Part shown: in pieces, positions 37,265-49,335 of the stretch
Numbering within the stretch: the first letter of the stretch is position 1
Layout: each line of letters starts with the position of its first letter
Assembly: GCF_024521635.1 (NCBI RefSeq)
Contig: NW_026250411.1
Span: 1-64,000 of the forward strand
Length of the DNA stretch: 64,000 bases
From: Tricharina praecox
Lineage: Eukaryota
Direction: 5' to 3'
The notes under the pieces: generated by a model
What the model saw: only the letters and a program-made list of their open reading frames with translations
Database searches by the model: none
What the model was told of the DNA's origin: nothing
Made by a program: the position numbers and the translations under genes

Positions 37265-37769
37265 ATTGCGTCCGTCCTTTCCGTCCGTCATTCCAACCCC
37301 GCACTGGTAGCATGGCAGTCTGCAGATTCCTATCATAGTAATATAGAACCTCGTTCGGCACTAGGGTTTTCTCGTGCTGTCGTCTTCCCGAATAACCAGG
37401 TGCAAAGTACGTGTACTTCTTGTGTGATTACTCTACCTGGTAGAGTACACAGAACGTCACTTACGGCCCCACGTTGTCCAGATCTGCAGGAACAATGGCA
37501 AAAATAAACACCCATGTCCCGCCCCTCACCCCGGATCTCCTGGCATCGTCGGACCGGAGAGGGGCCTACCTACTATGCACATGGCGAGCCTTTACGGAAC
37601 TCACGGCTGCAATTCCGATCAGCCTGCACACGATGCAATTCCAGTTTATATTTGCCGTCGCGGGGAACAACATGCCGAATACCTAACCACTTCCTATATA
37701 AACGAACGGGGCCTACGATGTCACCGACGATTCACCCACGAAAGATACGACAATCATCGCAACCGAAAA

Positions 37770-38774
37770 ATGGGCTTTTCAATCCGGTCCACCGTCGCGG
37801 CCGCTGGTGCGCTGCTGCTCCTCTCAGCCTTCGCCGCCGCAGCAGAACTGAAGGAAATCACCAACTTCGGCCCGAACCCCAGCAACGCAAAGATGTATCT
37901 CTACGTGCGTCCTTCTTTGCTTCCTGCCCTCTCTCGGAGTTCTTGCTAACTCGCCCAATGCTATCCAGGTCCCAGACAACGTCCAGCCTTCCGCCCCGCT
38001 CATAGTCGGCATCCACTGGTGCCACGGGACGGCGCTCGACTTCTACGCGGGGACGAAGTACGCGGCGACGGCGGACAGCAAGGGGTACATCGTGATCTAC
38101 CCGTCCGTGAACACAACAGACGGGTGCTGGGACGTATCCAGTGCCGCCTCGCTCACACACCTAGGCGGGGGCGACTCCCTCGCGATCCACTCGATGGTCT
38201 CCTACGTGCGGCGCAAGTACTCGGTCGACAGCAAACGCATCTTTTCCACCGGCATCAGCTCGGGCGCAATGATGACCGAAGTCCTCATGGGAACGTACCC
38301 GGACGTCTTCGCGGCCGGCAGCGCGTTCGCCGGTGTCCCGTTCGGCTGCTTTGCGGGCACAAGCACGTGGAGCGATGACTGCGCCACTGGGAAGATCAAC
38401 CATACGGCGAGGGAGTGGGGGAATTTGGTTCGCGCGGCGTATCCGAAGTATAAGGGCAAGCGCCCGAGGCTGCAGCTGTTCCATGGCGATCAGGATGAGA
38501 TCCTCAGCTTTAAGAATCTGGGCGAGGCGGTCGAGCAGTGGACAAACGTGCTGGGATTGAGTGCGAAACCGGTGAAGGTCGAGCAGGACCTGCCGAAGGT
38601 CGGGTGGACCAGGAGTATCTATGGCCGCAAGGGAGAACTGGAGACCGTGGTCGAGGTCGGACAGCCGCATAATCTTGTGGTGCTTGAGGACGAGGGTGGG
38701 TTTATCTTTCTTCCCAGACAGGGGAGCAATTGATGCTAATGGCCTAAACAGCGCTGCGGTTCTTTGGGCTATAA
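37770..38774 (+). CDS. Secreted CE1 esterase (acetyl xylan esterase / PHB-depolymerase-type, 294 aa), 2 introns
   Basis: join(37770..37904,37969..38695,38752..38774). Signal peptide, NFGPNPSNAKMYLYVP, IHWCHG, CWDV, GISSGAMMT..YPDVFAAG, FHGDQD. TATATAAA near 37695. Confidence 0.93.
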
Positions 38775-40036
38775 AAGATCAGATGGGCCATAGGGGCATC
38801 CGGGTTGCGGTCAAGCAATTGGGCATGGAAAACATAGGGCCTACGGATGATCGTGCAGTGGACACTGGATATACGAGATGATTTTATGAAAGAATAGAGT
38901 CGCAGCAGTGATCTCTAGACGCACAATTACAAGCACGAGCACGGGCTCTAGTGACGAGTGTGCTGAGTACAGCCGATTCGAGTCAACCCAATTGTCCCTG
39001 ACCCGTAACAAGACGCAACTGGTGCACGACCTTCCCCCGCCGCTTCTCCACTCACAGCCACCGTCGTCCAAGACAATACACCGTAACAATTCCAAGCCCT
39101 CACGAGCCTTTCCAAGCCCTCTCGAGTCTCGAGCCTTTTCAACCTCCCAATGCCGATTCACCCTCGGCTCCGCCCCCCACTAGCACCGCCATCACAGCCC
39201 ATCACGCGCCCTCCAGGCGTTCACTCGCTAGAGCTCGCTGGAGCTCCAGGAAAAGACCCTGGCCAGTGGCAAGTCGCCGATGGCCATGGTCAGGTCTAGG
39301 CTCGTAGCTATGCGACAATGAAGTGATGCTCTCTCTCCCTAAAGACCCTTGGCAAGCTACCTATAGTACCTAGAGTACTCGTAGCCTTGAATAGTCGCTA
39401 GTTGCTGGTCGCTGATCAAGTGCACCGGTTTATGTGCACCTGTTTCTGTTTCTGTGCCTGCGCCTGCCCCAGGTTTCCTGCATAGGTACCTATCGAATCA
39501 CCAAGACAGGATTCTCCACAGCCCATCTAACGGGATTTTCCACAGACCACAGACCATCGCTACACACATACTTCATAGCTAGGCCCCGTGCAGTCCTGGT
39601 GCTCTACTAGTCCACCGTTCAATATTCCCGCGTGCATATGCATGCACACAGGCGTCTCGGAGATACCGGTTCCACAACTCGACTAACCAGTTCTGTTAAC
39701 ACAGCCACACATAGGTAGCTCGTTAAGCTTCGTGGTGACAAGATTCCACTGTCTATTGCTACCGTATGATACTTGCGCGGATCCGAAACCCACCCCTTCC
39801 AACCATAACCGAGCCCCACACCCGAAACCCCGTAGTTACCCCAGTCCCCAGTCCCCAGTCCCCAGTCCCCAGTCCCAGGCTACATACAGACATACAACCA
39901 ACCACAACGCCAAAATACGCCACAGGGCTCCCAAGAAAAGAAAAGAAAATACAAGAAAAGCAACAAGCCACGCCACAACAGTTCAGGAAAGTCGCCCAGC
40001 AGATGCATACATAAGTTTAAGTAAGTAAGTAAACCC

Positions 40037-42958
40037 TCAAAATCCCTCATGCACGCCCCTAATCCTCTCTGCGAGGATCCTCATGCCGTTTCCCAGGGCC
40101 GGTGTGACTGTATAAGCGTTTAACGTCAGTGACCAACCCAGACCAACGGGAATCAAACTATAAACGGCGGGGCACTTACTTCCCCACACCCACGTATCCG
40201 CCAGCAGGTCACCCCACATTCTAGCCAGACTCTGGGTCAGAGGCCCGCCAGCGCTCAGATCGAGATCTGCCTCTTCGAGGAGGTGGCGCACGCTGTCGTA
40301 GACCCTCATCTCCTCGGCGTCCCACTCGTTGCGCGGGAGGTTTTCGAGAGAAAACATCCATCTCAAGAGGAACAGGACTATTCACACTGCGTCAGTAGAT
40401 GATGGGGGGGAATGGATGGGGGAGGGGGCTAGGTAGCACGCACTGCAGTCCCAACCAGCGATGGCGTGATCGACACTCCAATTTAGCGCGGCGGTCTTAC
40501 GCACCATAACGTGCCCCGCCCGTACTGGCATCTCGAGTGCCTCGGTGGCTTTTTCTGCCGCACGGGTGACAGCCGCACTGCGCGGCGTGCCCTCCAGGAC
40601 GTAACTCACCACCGCCTCTAGGTCTAGACTCCCTTCCTCCGGACGGATGATTGCCCTCATCTGTGACGAGGCGGGCTCGAACTGTGTAAACTGCCTGATG
40701 TAGGCCTGTCGCAGTAAGCCCGCCGCGCAGAACCATAGAGACCCGCCGGCGTTTGGCGAGATGTTTTGATGTGTGTAGATCAGACAGTTCTGGAGGCGGC
40801 CGAGTAGCTCCTCTGATTCTTGGGCCATGGTGAAGGGCAATATACTCGGTGCGGTGAAGCCGAACAGTTGAAGAGACTTCCGACATTGTGTGACCTGCCA
40901 TTGCTGCGAGAGGAGACCATGCACCAGGACCAGACCACCGAATGCACTGGGCCCGGGCTCCAATACTGGAGGCGCGCCTGGTAATTGAGCCCCAAAGTAG
41001 TACTCCAGAGCGTTTTTGAATTTAGGGTCCGATACTGTGAAGTTGAGATTGGCTTCCCACACTTCGGCGTTGGGAGACTCCCAAAGATCCTCGGAAGCCG
41101 GTAACTGAAGATGGACCTCTGCGCAAGATATTGCAGGTGGGAGGTTGAAGGTAATGGTGATCAACGATTGCAGGATGTATATGCCATAACAGAGGCGCTT
41201 GAACGACTCGATGTCGACCCAGTCGCGCCAGGTTTGTTGTTGCAACGGAATCTCTTCCCGACGAAGAAGCAACGCCTGGGCAGAGCGGAAAAACTAAAAC
41301 TATCAAGATATATTTTGACAGGAGGTAGGGATTATGGAAATTACCACGGCATATGAGCCCTGCTCGGCCACGGTATCATTGATGAGCTCTCGCTCTGCGC
41401 TCCAAATCCCAAAGAATCCAAGGAGAATCTTGGTGCGCATCAACCAGGCCTTTCTATCCGGCTCAACGCGCTTCCATTTGACATCTTCCACGGCCACGAA
41501 GCGTTTGGTCCACTCGTAGAGATACCTCGCACGCCGTTTTTCAAGGCAGTGCTGTGCGCCGATGCAGCATACCGCAAGAAGAAGGAGCGCCTTGGTACCT
41601 TTGGGATAGAATGTGCCGAGATGCAAGATCGGAAAGTTCTTGTGGAAGCTGTTGAAGTAGCTGTCGAGGTATCTCTGGAGGGTAGTGGAATTTGGCAGAC
41701 AGAAGCCCATCATCAGATCTCGGGGGTGTGATGCCGACAGATCCTGCAGAATCCAGTCCTTTGTGGAATCATCGATATTGAAGGCCGGTTTCGGCACCGC
41801 GCTTCGGTTGATTGACTGTATCAGTGATTGGTTGGAAACATCCGAAGCGTTCGTTCCTCGTCGCTTACGGAATTGTGAGGGTGTCGGAGGGATAATATAT
41901 TCCTCGGTGGGGGTCATGACGTCCATCGAATCGTGGAAGAGGTCCGTCATCGAATCACCCTGCGGTGCCACCGCCTCTTCGAGTATATTTTCAAGTCCCC
42001 GGAACTCTGGGAAACTGTGGCCATGGTTTTGGAAGATGCCATGGACCGCTGCAGCGGCCGCGATACCATCGATGGTATTGTGCGGCGAAGACCCCAAAGC
42101 GTCATCCTCCCTCTCGGCGCCCGAAAAGAGCTCGGAGAAATCCAAGTCGCTCTGAAGCGTACCAAACTCCACCTCGCCGTTCCTGTCCTCGACCGGCGGC
42201 CCGGGTGTGTTCTGCTTCCGACTGATTTGCTCCGAGGCGAAGGACTCCGGCGGGGTCAAGGGCTGGATTACCTCGGTGATGGAATGGATCGAGTGGATGG
42301 AGTGGACGGAATCTCCTCTCGCACGCTGGTGGTGAACCGATGCTGGCGACGAACCACCGGGAGAGAGGCTCAAGAACGTTTCGCCGTCCGCCTCAGCGAA
42401 GCCCATCGTGTGCGCATCTGTAGACTCCTGGAACGAGAGCAATGTAGTCGTCGAATCCGCATGGAAGTCCGTGCCCGCTTCCGAGGCTCGTCGCCGTTTC
42501 GCCGGCCGGTTCGAAGATTGTGGCCGACTACTGCTGTGCACCGTACGTTCGTGTCTCACGAGCAAGTCTCTGCAAGAAAGCTTATTGTCAGACTTGGTAG
42601 CTCTGGGATTCTCGAATTTTCAATGACGCTCGTACTTTCTCGAGAAATAGCATCCGCAAAAAGAGCATCCGAATGGTTTCTCCAGGGTGTCTAAATTGAG
42701 GAGCACGCAACGTTAATTTACCGAGCACACCGGACCGCCGCCTTGTCCGAAAGAGAAGAACTCACGAGACCGCTCATGCCTAACACAATGCTCACTCCTC
42801 CGGAACGTTGTGCTGCAATGTCCGCACTTGTAGATTCTCTTCTCCTTCTGCGCAGCCTGGGCGGCCGCCGACGACGGCAGGGTCAGGATGTGCTGGAACG
42901 CGGCGGCCGCATCGTGCTTCTTCGACTGTTTTGTCTGCATCTTGAGAGTGAGCGTCAT
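40037..42958 (-). CDS. C2H2 zinc-finger + fungal transcription-factor middle-homology domain protein, Adr1/AmdX class (863 aa), 5 introns
   Basis: join(42766..42958,42636..42690,41345..42569,40444..41293,40180..40377,40037..40107). Fingers CGHCSTTFRRSEHCVRHERSH and CSFCGCYFSRKDLLVRHERTVH; YFNSFHKNFPILH; W..WVDIESFKR. Confidence 0.92.
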
Positions 42959-43676
42959 ACGATACTGATCTGTATCCACGTCCGGGAAATCCGGGGAAGC
43001 CGACAATCTCGATAAGCAGAGGGGGGAGCGAGTTCGAGGATCCGCTTCTGGCGTGACGGAGTTTGCGTTCAGTGGTGTGCCGATGGTGGAGGAAGAAGCA
43101 ATAGTGAGCTGATGATGATGGTGATGATGATTGATGGAAGGGGACTACAACCATACGCATCGTGGTGGTGGTGGACCAGGACCCAGGAGTCGGCGGTGCA
43201 GCGCAGCGCGCACCCACACGCTTGTGGGGCCCCAGATCCGGGCCATTGAGCAGAGTTTCCCACGAGGGCTAGACGGAAGACCGAAACCCGCCACCAGTGT
43301 CAGAATGCGGGGAAAAGCGTGTGAATCGGACCAAGTCTGGGGTTCCGGAACAGCGGTCGGGGCGAGATGTGGGTCTCGTTTTTTAGATGAATTTTCATCC
43401 AGTGCGGCTAGCCGCAGGGGGGTTGGAGCAACTGGCTGCTTGTGATACTTCAACTGTTGATGGCTGGAGCGACTGCTGCTGCGGAATAGCGTCATGAAGA
43501 ATTGGCAAACGAGACGCGACCAAGGAACGATGCAGATGCGAGCGCCATGGGAGTGCCCACGGCAATGCTCGGTTACTAATCGCTCGCAGCCCCCCACGCG
43601 AGAATTTCTCCACCAACGGCTCGACGCGATACTGCTTCGGAAAAGACGCGTTTTCATCGTCTCGTGATCCGCATAC

Positions 43677-44068
43677 ACTCGGGTAGGGATGTCGGCGATT
43701 GAACGCTTTAGTAAAAGAGCAAAGGTCTAATATGCCCGCGCTGGAGCTAAAAAGGTCTAATAGAGGGGTTTCGCAGTTCTGAGGGATCTCTGTGAGGCGG
43801 GTTGTTAGCGCGCGGAGCCCTCTGGTGAAAAAAAAGGCGCTTCGCAAACCTGAGGTCACCGTAGGTGCGGGCTGAGAAAAAGTGGACTACTCTCGAAATT
43901 AGCGGTTTAACTAGTGTACACTCAGTAAAAATTCTCCGCGACAGAGGAGAGCAGAGTACAGCGGCGCCGACAGGAGAGCAGAGCACGGCAGTATAGACAG
44001 GAGTACTCCAACATCACCATGATGCGCACGAATCCTGGGCGTTCAATCGCCGACATCCCTACCCGAGT
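43677..44068. mobile_element. MITE-like element with perfect 30-bp inverted repeats, about 390 bp
   Basis: ACTCGGGTAGGGATGTCGGCGATTGAACGC (43677-43706) and its exact reverse complement (44039-44068). TSD ambiguous: TA fits on the right only. Confidence 0.75.
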
Positions 44069-44832
44069 ACTACCTATCCCGGACACCCCGGGGGTTCCAT
44101 GGGCTTACATGTTCATTACCATAGCAGCCTGCGTACTTTGGTTACAGTATTAGAGTACCTCCATAGCAACGTGTATCTAGGCAGTTCCAACGTCCAGATC
44201 GCTCGTATCCGTAAGCCAGATGTTGGAACTTGGAAGGACCGCCGTTATCCGCCCGCTTTATCCACCACAGCCAAACTTTTAGCAAAGCCTCCACAAGCCA
44301 ACTCCACTGTCCAGTCTCAGCACTTCCACGATCTTCTATGTCACGGATTCGCACGCCACAGAAGCCACTTGCCATCAATCAACACTCTCCATCTCTCTCT
44401 CTGGCTTGCGGAGTGGCAACTCCGCCAGCAACTCTGCTGGCTCAAGTACCAACATACATATGCGAGCGGGCAAGAACTCGGGCAGAGTTAGAGTAGAGTA
44501 CTAATGGTTTTGCCGATTTTCCGGATTCGCACGCTAACTAGCCGTTGGTGATCTTCATCGGAACTCACGTCGGTTCATGGTACCGTGCATACAGTTGACC
44601 GCGGTTCGAAAAATGCACTTCTCGTACATATAGTACTGTGCCCGCCGTTCTAGCCGTGTCGTTTCGTGGCTCACGGTTTTTCTACAAAAGGCTGCGAGAG
44701 ACTTCCCTGATCTCGTAGATGCGAAGTGGCACGTAGAACTAAAGAAGGCACCCGGTTGACACAAGTAGGTAGCAAGAGTTTCAAACTTTCCCCAATCGTA
44801 AACCATACAATCATAACAGAAAATTGAAAAAA

Positions 44833-46497
44833 TCAAACGACGCATTCGCCAGACCCCAACCCCTTCCTCGCGGTTCCCACATACTTCCTCTTATGCTCGA
44901 CCTGCAATTTCTTCAGCAGCTCCAGCTGTGGCGCCACCAGGTCATCCCACATGGTGGGATCATGCTCATGCTTCTTCTCGCTGTTCCACGCCCAATCGGT
45001 GATAGTGAAAGCGCGGCAGCTCTCAAACATGATCGCGATGGCACCCTCGCTGATCTTCATCTCTGGCGGGGCCGTCTCGCTGGCCTTCTTCCACTCCGGG
45101 TAGCTAACTCCGTGCGGTACGAAGCCGGACTCGAAGCTCACACCGCCCGGCTGGAAGCTGTCGCTGCGGCCGCCGTAGTTGCCGTAGATCAGCCCCATGA
45201 GCTCCGAGGCGGAGTTGCGGTGGTAGTACGGCGGGCGGTAGGTCTGCGACGCGACGTCCCAGCGTGGCGAGAAGATGAGGAAGTCGGCGAGCGGCGCGGT
45301 GGGATCCCGCGAGGGTGCCGTGAGAACACAGAAAATGGACGGGTCGATGTGGTCGACCGAGATAGAGCCGACGTTGACGAACTTGGTCAGGTCGTATTTG
45401 TACGGGACGTAGTTTCCATGCCAGGCCACGACGTCGAAGGGCGAGTGCTGCTGCACGCTCTGGAAAAACTTGCCGCCGAGCTTGTACACGACATTCCACT
45501 GCTCCTCGATGATCTCGAATGCCGCCATTGGAGTCAGGAAGTCGCGCTTGTTGGCGAGGCCGTTGGCGCCGAGCGGGCCGAGTTCGGGAAGGTCGAAGTT
45601 GGAGCCCCACACCTCGAGGATGTAGCCGCGCGACGGGCCGTCGGGTAGGTCGATGCGGAAACGCTGGCCCCGCTGGATGACGACGATCTCACCCGGCTGC
45701 ACGTAGAGAGGGCCGAACTCGGTCTGGATATCGAGCGCTCCTTGCTGCGGAACGATGAGGAAATCGCCGTCCGAGTTCACGAATGCACGTTTGTTCATCG
45801 AGGTGTTGGCGCAGTAGACGTGGGTGGCGATACCGTCTCGGAGAGTCGGGTCGCCGGAACCGGCGAGAGTCTTGAGGCCGTCGATGAAGTCGACCTTCTC
45901 TGTGTCTTTGGGGAGCTCGAAGGGAAGCCATGCCAGCTGGGTAGGCGAGACGTGGATCTTGGGGTTCAATGGGAGGAAGCAAGACTCGGTGTCTTTGTTG
46001 TCGGGCATATCGGTCTACAGGCACAACCGACGCGTCAGTACAAGCGTTTCTTCCACATTTAGTGCCAATGAAGGGGGACATACGAATCCTTGGTGAGCCA
46101 CAGCTGGCCGCACGCGGTAGAGGTATGCATTCTTGTTGTGGGCGCGGGGAGCAACAAAGGCTGTAGCCGTCATCTGCTCGGCGTAGAGGCCGAATCGCAC
46201 TTTGCGGGGATTGCTCTGGCCATACGGGAGCGTACCGGGAATCGCCTCGGACTCGAATCTAGAACAACATCAGAAGTGCCCGATCGGAGACGGGGATCAC
46301 ATCAAACGCACGTATTTCCGAAGCCCGATTGGTACTGCAGCCTGTCAGCGGGATGCAATGCGCAGTGCACTGCAGCAGGTGAGGGGATAACTTACCGTGT
46401 AGGGATCATTCTTGCGCGTCTTGAACGATGGAATGTCGCCATCCTTCTGGGTCTCCGCCCAGTGGAAGATGCTCTGGTAGTCTTCGGTGGTCGCCAT
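44833..46497 (-). CDS. hmgA: Homogentisate 1,2-dioxygenase (493 aa), 3 introns including a 23-nt exon
   Basis: join(46396..46497,46312..46334,46084..46258,44833..46014). YQSGFGNTFESEAIPG, GLYAEQ, LPELGPLGANGLA, HSPFDVVAWHGNYVPYKYDL, iron ligands in PPYYHRNSASELMG and VPHG. Confidence 0.96.
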
Positions 46498-46719
46498 CGT
46501 CTCGTTCGGTATGTTGAATAACTATTGTGCTGTCGGGCTGGCGGGCTGGCGGGCTGTTAAGAGCGGGTACGGTGACTATTCGACTTCTTCGAGAGCACCT
46601 CTGGCTCTACTCCTTATAAGAACTCTACAATTCATCTCAGCGTGATGGCCAGATGAGTTCATGGAGCCCATCGCACTAGGAGACTACCGAAGACGACACC
46701 GCGGCCGTTGTCCCTGTAA

Positions 46720-47170
46720 CTTTTGTGGGGTTCATCGGAGCTCTTTGGTCGTCCCCACATCCGATCAGTGCAATCCGATTTGGTCATCGGATCTATGGTA
46801 CGCTGACTGACGGCTGACGTGCAAGCGAGCTCACAAATCACAATGTGTACGGAAGTAGCTGTCGGCCGCGCGAACAGGTCGTGTCGGTGCGCAACGTCCC
46901 TGCATAGCTCTTGGTCAGTTCTTGGTGATGATGTGGGGTAGCTGGTGGATCTGGGATGGTCCCCGAACCTGCGTGCCGTGTGCTGGTGGGGACTAACCAC
47001 ATCCCTGTCGCGATGGAGCCCACCTTCACTCGAGCTCTCCCCCACCAATGCGCGATGCCCCGCCATATGCACCGGCTTCACGACGCGAATCGATAGATAT
47101 GAAAGCTCTCGGTATACTGGATCTTCGCAGAGTCGGAAATCTCACGACATCCGAGGAAACACCCCACCTT
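46720..47170. promoter_or_regulatory. hmgA/SDR divergent promoter with GYGGGG sites
   Basis: TGTGGGG 46724, CGTCCCCACATCC 46750-46762, ATGTGGGGTAGC 46931-46942, GTGGGG 46986, CCCCGC near 47058, CCCCAC 47162. Confidence 0.5.
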
Positions 47171-47209
47171 CCATAGCACCCTTCGTTTACCTCAACCACC
47201 GTGCCTGCC

Positions 47210-48082
47210 ATGAGCTCCGAATCTCGCGTCGCGCTCATCACCGGCGCCGCCTCGGGCATGGGTCTCGCGCTGGCTAAAGACCTCCTGGCCAAAGGCTGGC
47301 GCGTCGCCCTCCTCGACGTCTCACCCGCGGGAGCCTCCATCACGGCCGAACTCGGTGCCTCGGCAACCTACTTCTACTGCGACGTTTCCTCGTGGGAGTC
47401 GCAAGCCGCCGCGTTTTCCGGCACGTTCGAGAAGTGGGGTCGCATCGACTTCACTGCCCTCAACGCGGGCATCGATGATAAGGACGACCTCTTCGGCCCC
47501 ACGGGCGACGAGAACGGGCAGCCTGTAAAGCCCGGGCTCAAGACTGTCGCCGTTGATCTGATCGCCGTGTTCTACGGTATCCGACTGGCAATGCATTACT
47601 TCCGCAAGCATGAAGGCCGCGGTGGCAAGATCGTCATCACGAGCTCAGATGCCGGATTGTACCCGTTGATTGGAGTGCCGCAGTACACCGCGTGCAAGCA
47701 TGGGGTTAGTCGCCGTCCCTCCAATCAATGTACGAGCTATGGCTGACCTCGAAATCGATAGCTGGTGGGACTCACCCGGTCGATGGCGCCGCTCTTGAAG
47801 AAAGAGAACATCACCATCAATGCGGTGCTTCCGGCGTTCGTACCGACAGGTCTTGCTCCTCCCGGCCTGGTCAAGGCCTGGCCAAAGGAGAATGTCACGC
47901 CGATGAGCACCGTCATCAAGTGCTTCAACATGTTTATCGATGACGATGAACTCAATGGGCAGACGGGAGAATGTAGTCAGGAGACAGTGTATATGAGGAA
48001 GCAGGCCGAGTATGCCAATGAGAGTCAGCGGTGGGGGAGGGAGGAGGGCGGGAAGGTGTGGGCTTTGGTTTATCCTGGTTAA
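47210..48082 (+). CDS. Short-chain dehydrogenase/reductase, 15-PGDH-like (271 aa), 1 intron
   Basis: join(47210..47704,47762..48082). Motifs ITGAASGMG, NAG and YTACKHG. Confidence 0.94.
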
Positions 48083-49335
48083 GGGCTTTTATTCTGCACA
48101 TATTCAAATTGATTCGCGTTACCTCTACATAGTCCTCATCACTGCTTCTCTGCTTACCTGCGTTCGCACCCTGTTGGCGGGTTGACATGATGGATATTCA
48201 ACATCACCAGATAGTCGGACAGGTACAGTACACGAGTGAGCTGTGATGATGTGAGTCCCTGCCGGATCAGGGGGCCAGCCAACCTCCAACGCTGCTCCAA
48301 CCACGGATCCAAGCAGACTTCTAAGTATCAGGAGCACGCCTACAGCCTACGAAGAATGGTAACGAAGGAAGCGTAATGAAGGAGTATTCTGTACACGTCC
48401 ATACTTGAGATCAAAAGTAGCAACAAACGGACTGGAATAACAAACAAGGCCGGAGGGCCATCGAGTACGGCTACTGGTATGCATTGGACGTCCATTTCGG
48501 CATTAACGAGAGCCATCTCCCATCTCTGTTATGTAGTCTGGCATCTCACAGCCATCGTCGAGTCTCTCAACAAAGTACCGAGAATAATTCTGATCTCTCG
48601 CCTGGGAGCTTCTCCAGCGAGCCGTGCCCGAGCCATTCCTCACTGGGCAAACCAAAAGAATGTTGGAAACTGGTATATACATCCGGGCTATATCCGGCCG
48701 GGGCGGCAGGGCTTGGTCGGGGACGGCCCCGGACGTTATGGTGTTCACGGCTGCTTCTCGCGGGGGTGTTGCTAAGACGGTCGCTAAAGCTTGGAACCGG
48801 GGGACTCTCTTGTGAGCCTTCTGTGCACCTGTACCGAGACCACCACCAATCAATTGCTTGCCCGCCTAAACATCATCAACTCATCCCCCCCCCCCCCCCC
48901 CCATCGTCCCGTTCTACGTACAGGCCGCCCAACGACTGGTATTCACTAGCGAAGCCAAATTGAGATCCAGCACGCATGGGCCATGGCCCCACCGCTCCGC
49001 TCCTCGTTCCCTACCACTAGCCTAGAAACCGCTGACAAACTGATGTAACGCTCCACATCGTGAAGGAGCCTTCGAGTTTTGTCTCTTGGGCGTGCCTCAT
49101 GTGCGGTTGTGTAATTGGCAGTGTACTGATCCCGCACTAGACAGCCGTCTCCCTTCCCGTGCATTCTCGCTTGGTAGATCGCCCCGCCCCACCATGGCCA
49201 GGATTTGCAATGCATCGTTGTCCCCGTGTACCCCACCAACCCCACCACGACTCTCGCCATCACTATCACTACCACCCTGTGCGCCCAAAATGTCGCTTAT
49301 TTGTTTTTACGATCCAACAATCTTCAAGCCGAAAT

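Noticed and set aside
44824..45648. Antisense ORFs over hmgA (similarly 15686-16486, 41933-42694, 62232-63257)
   Set aside because: Shadow frames caused by GC3 codon bias of the real genes.
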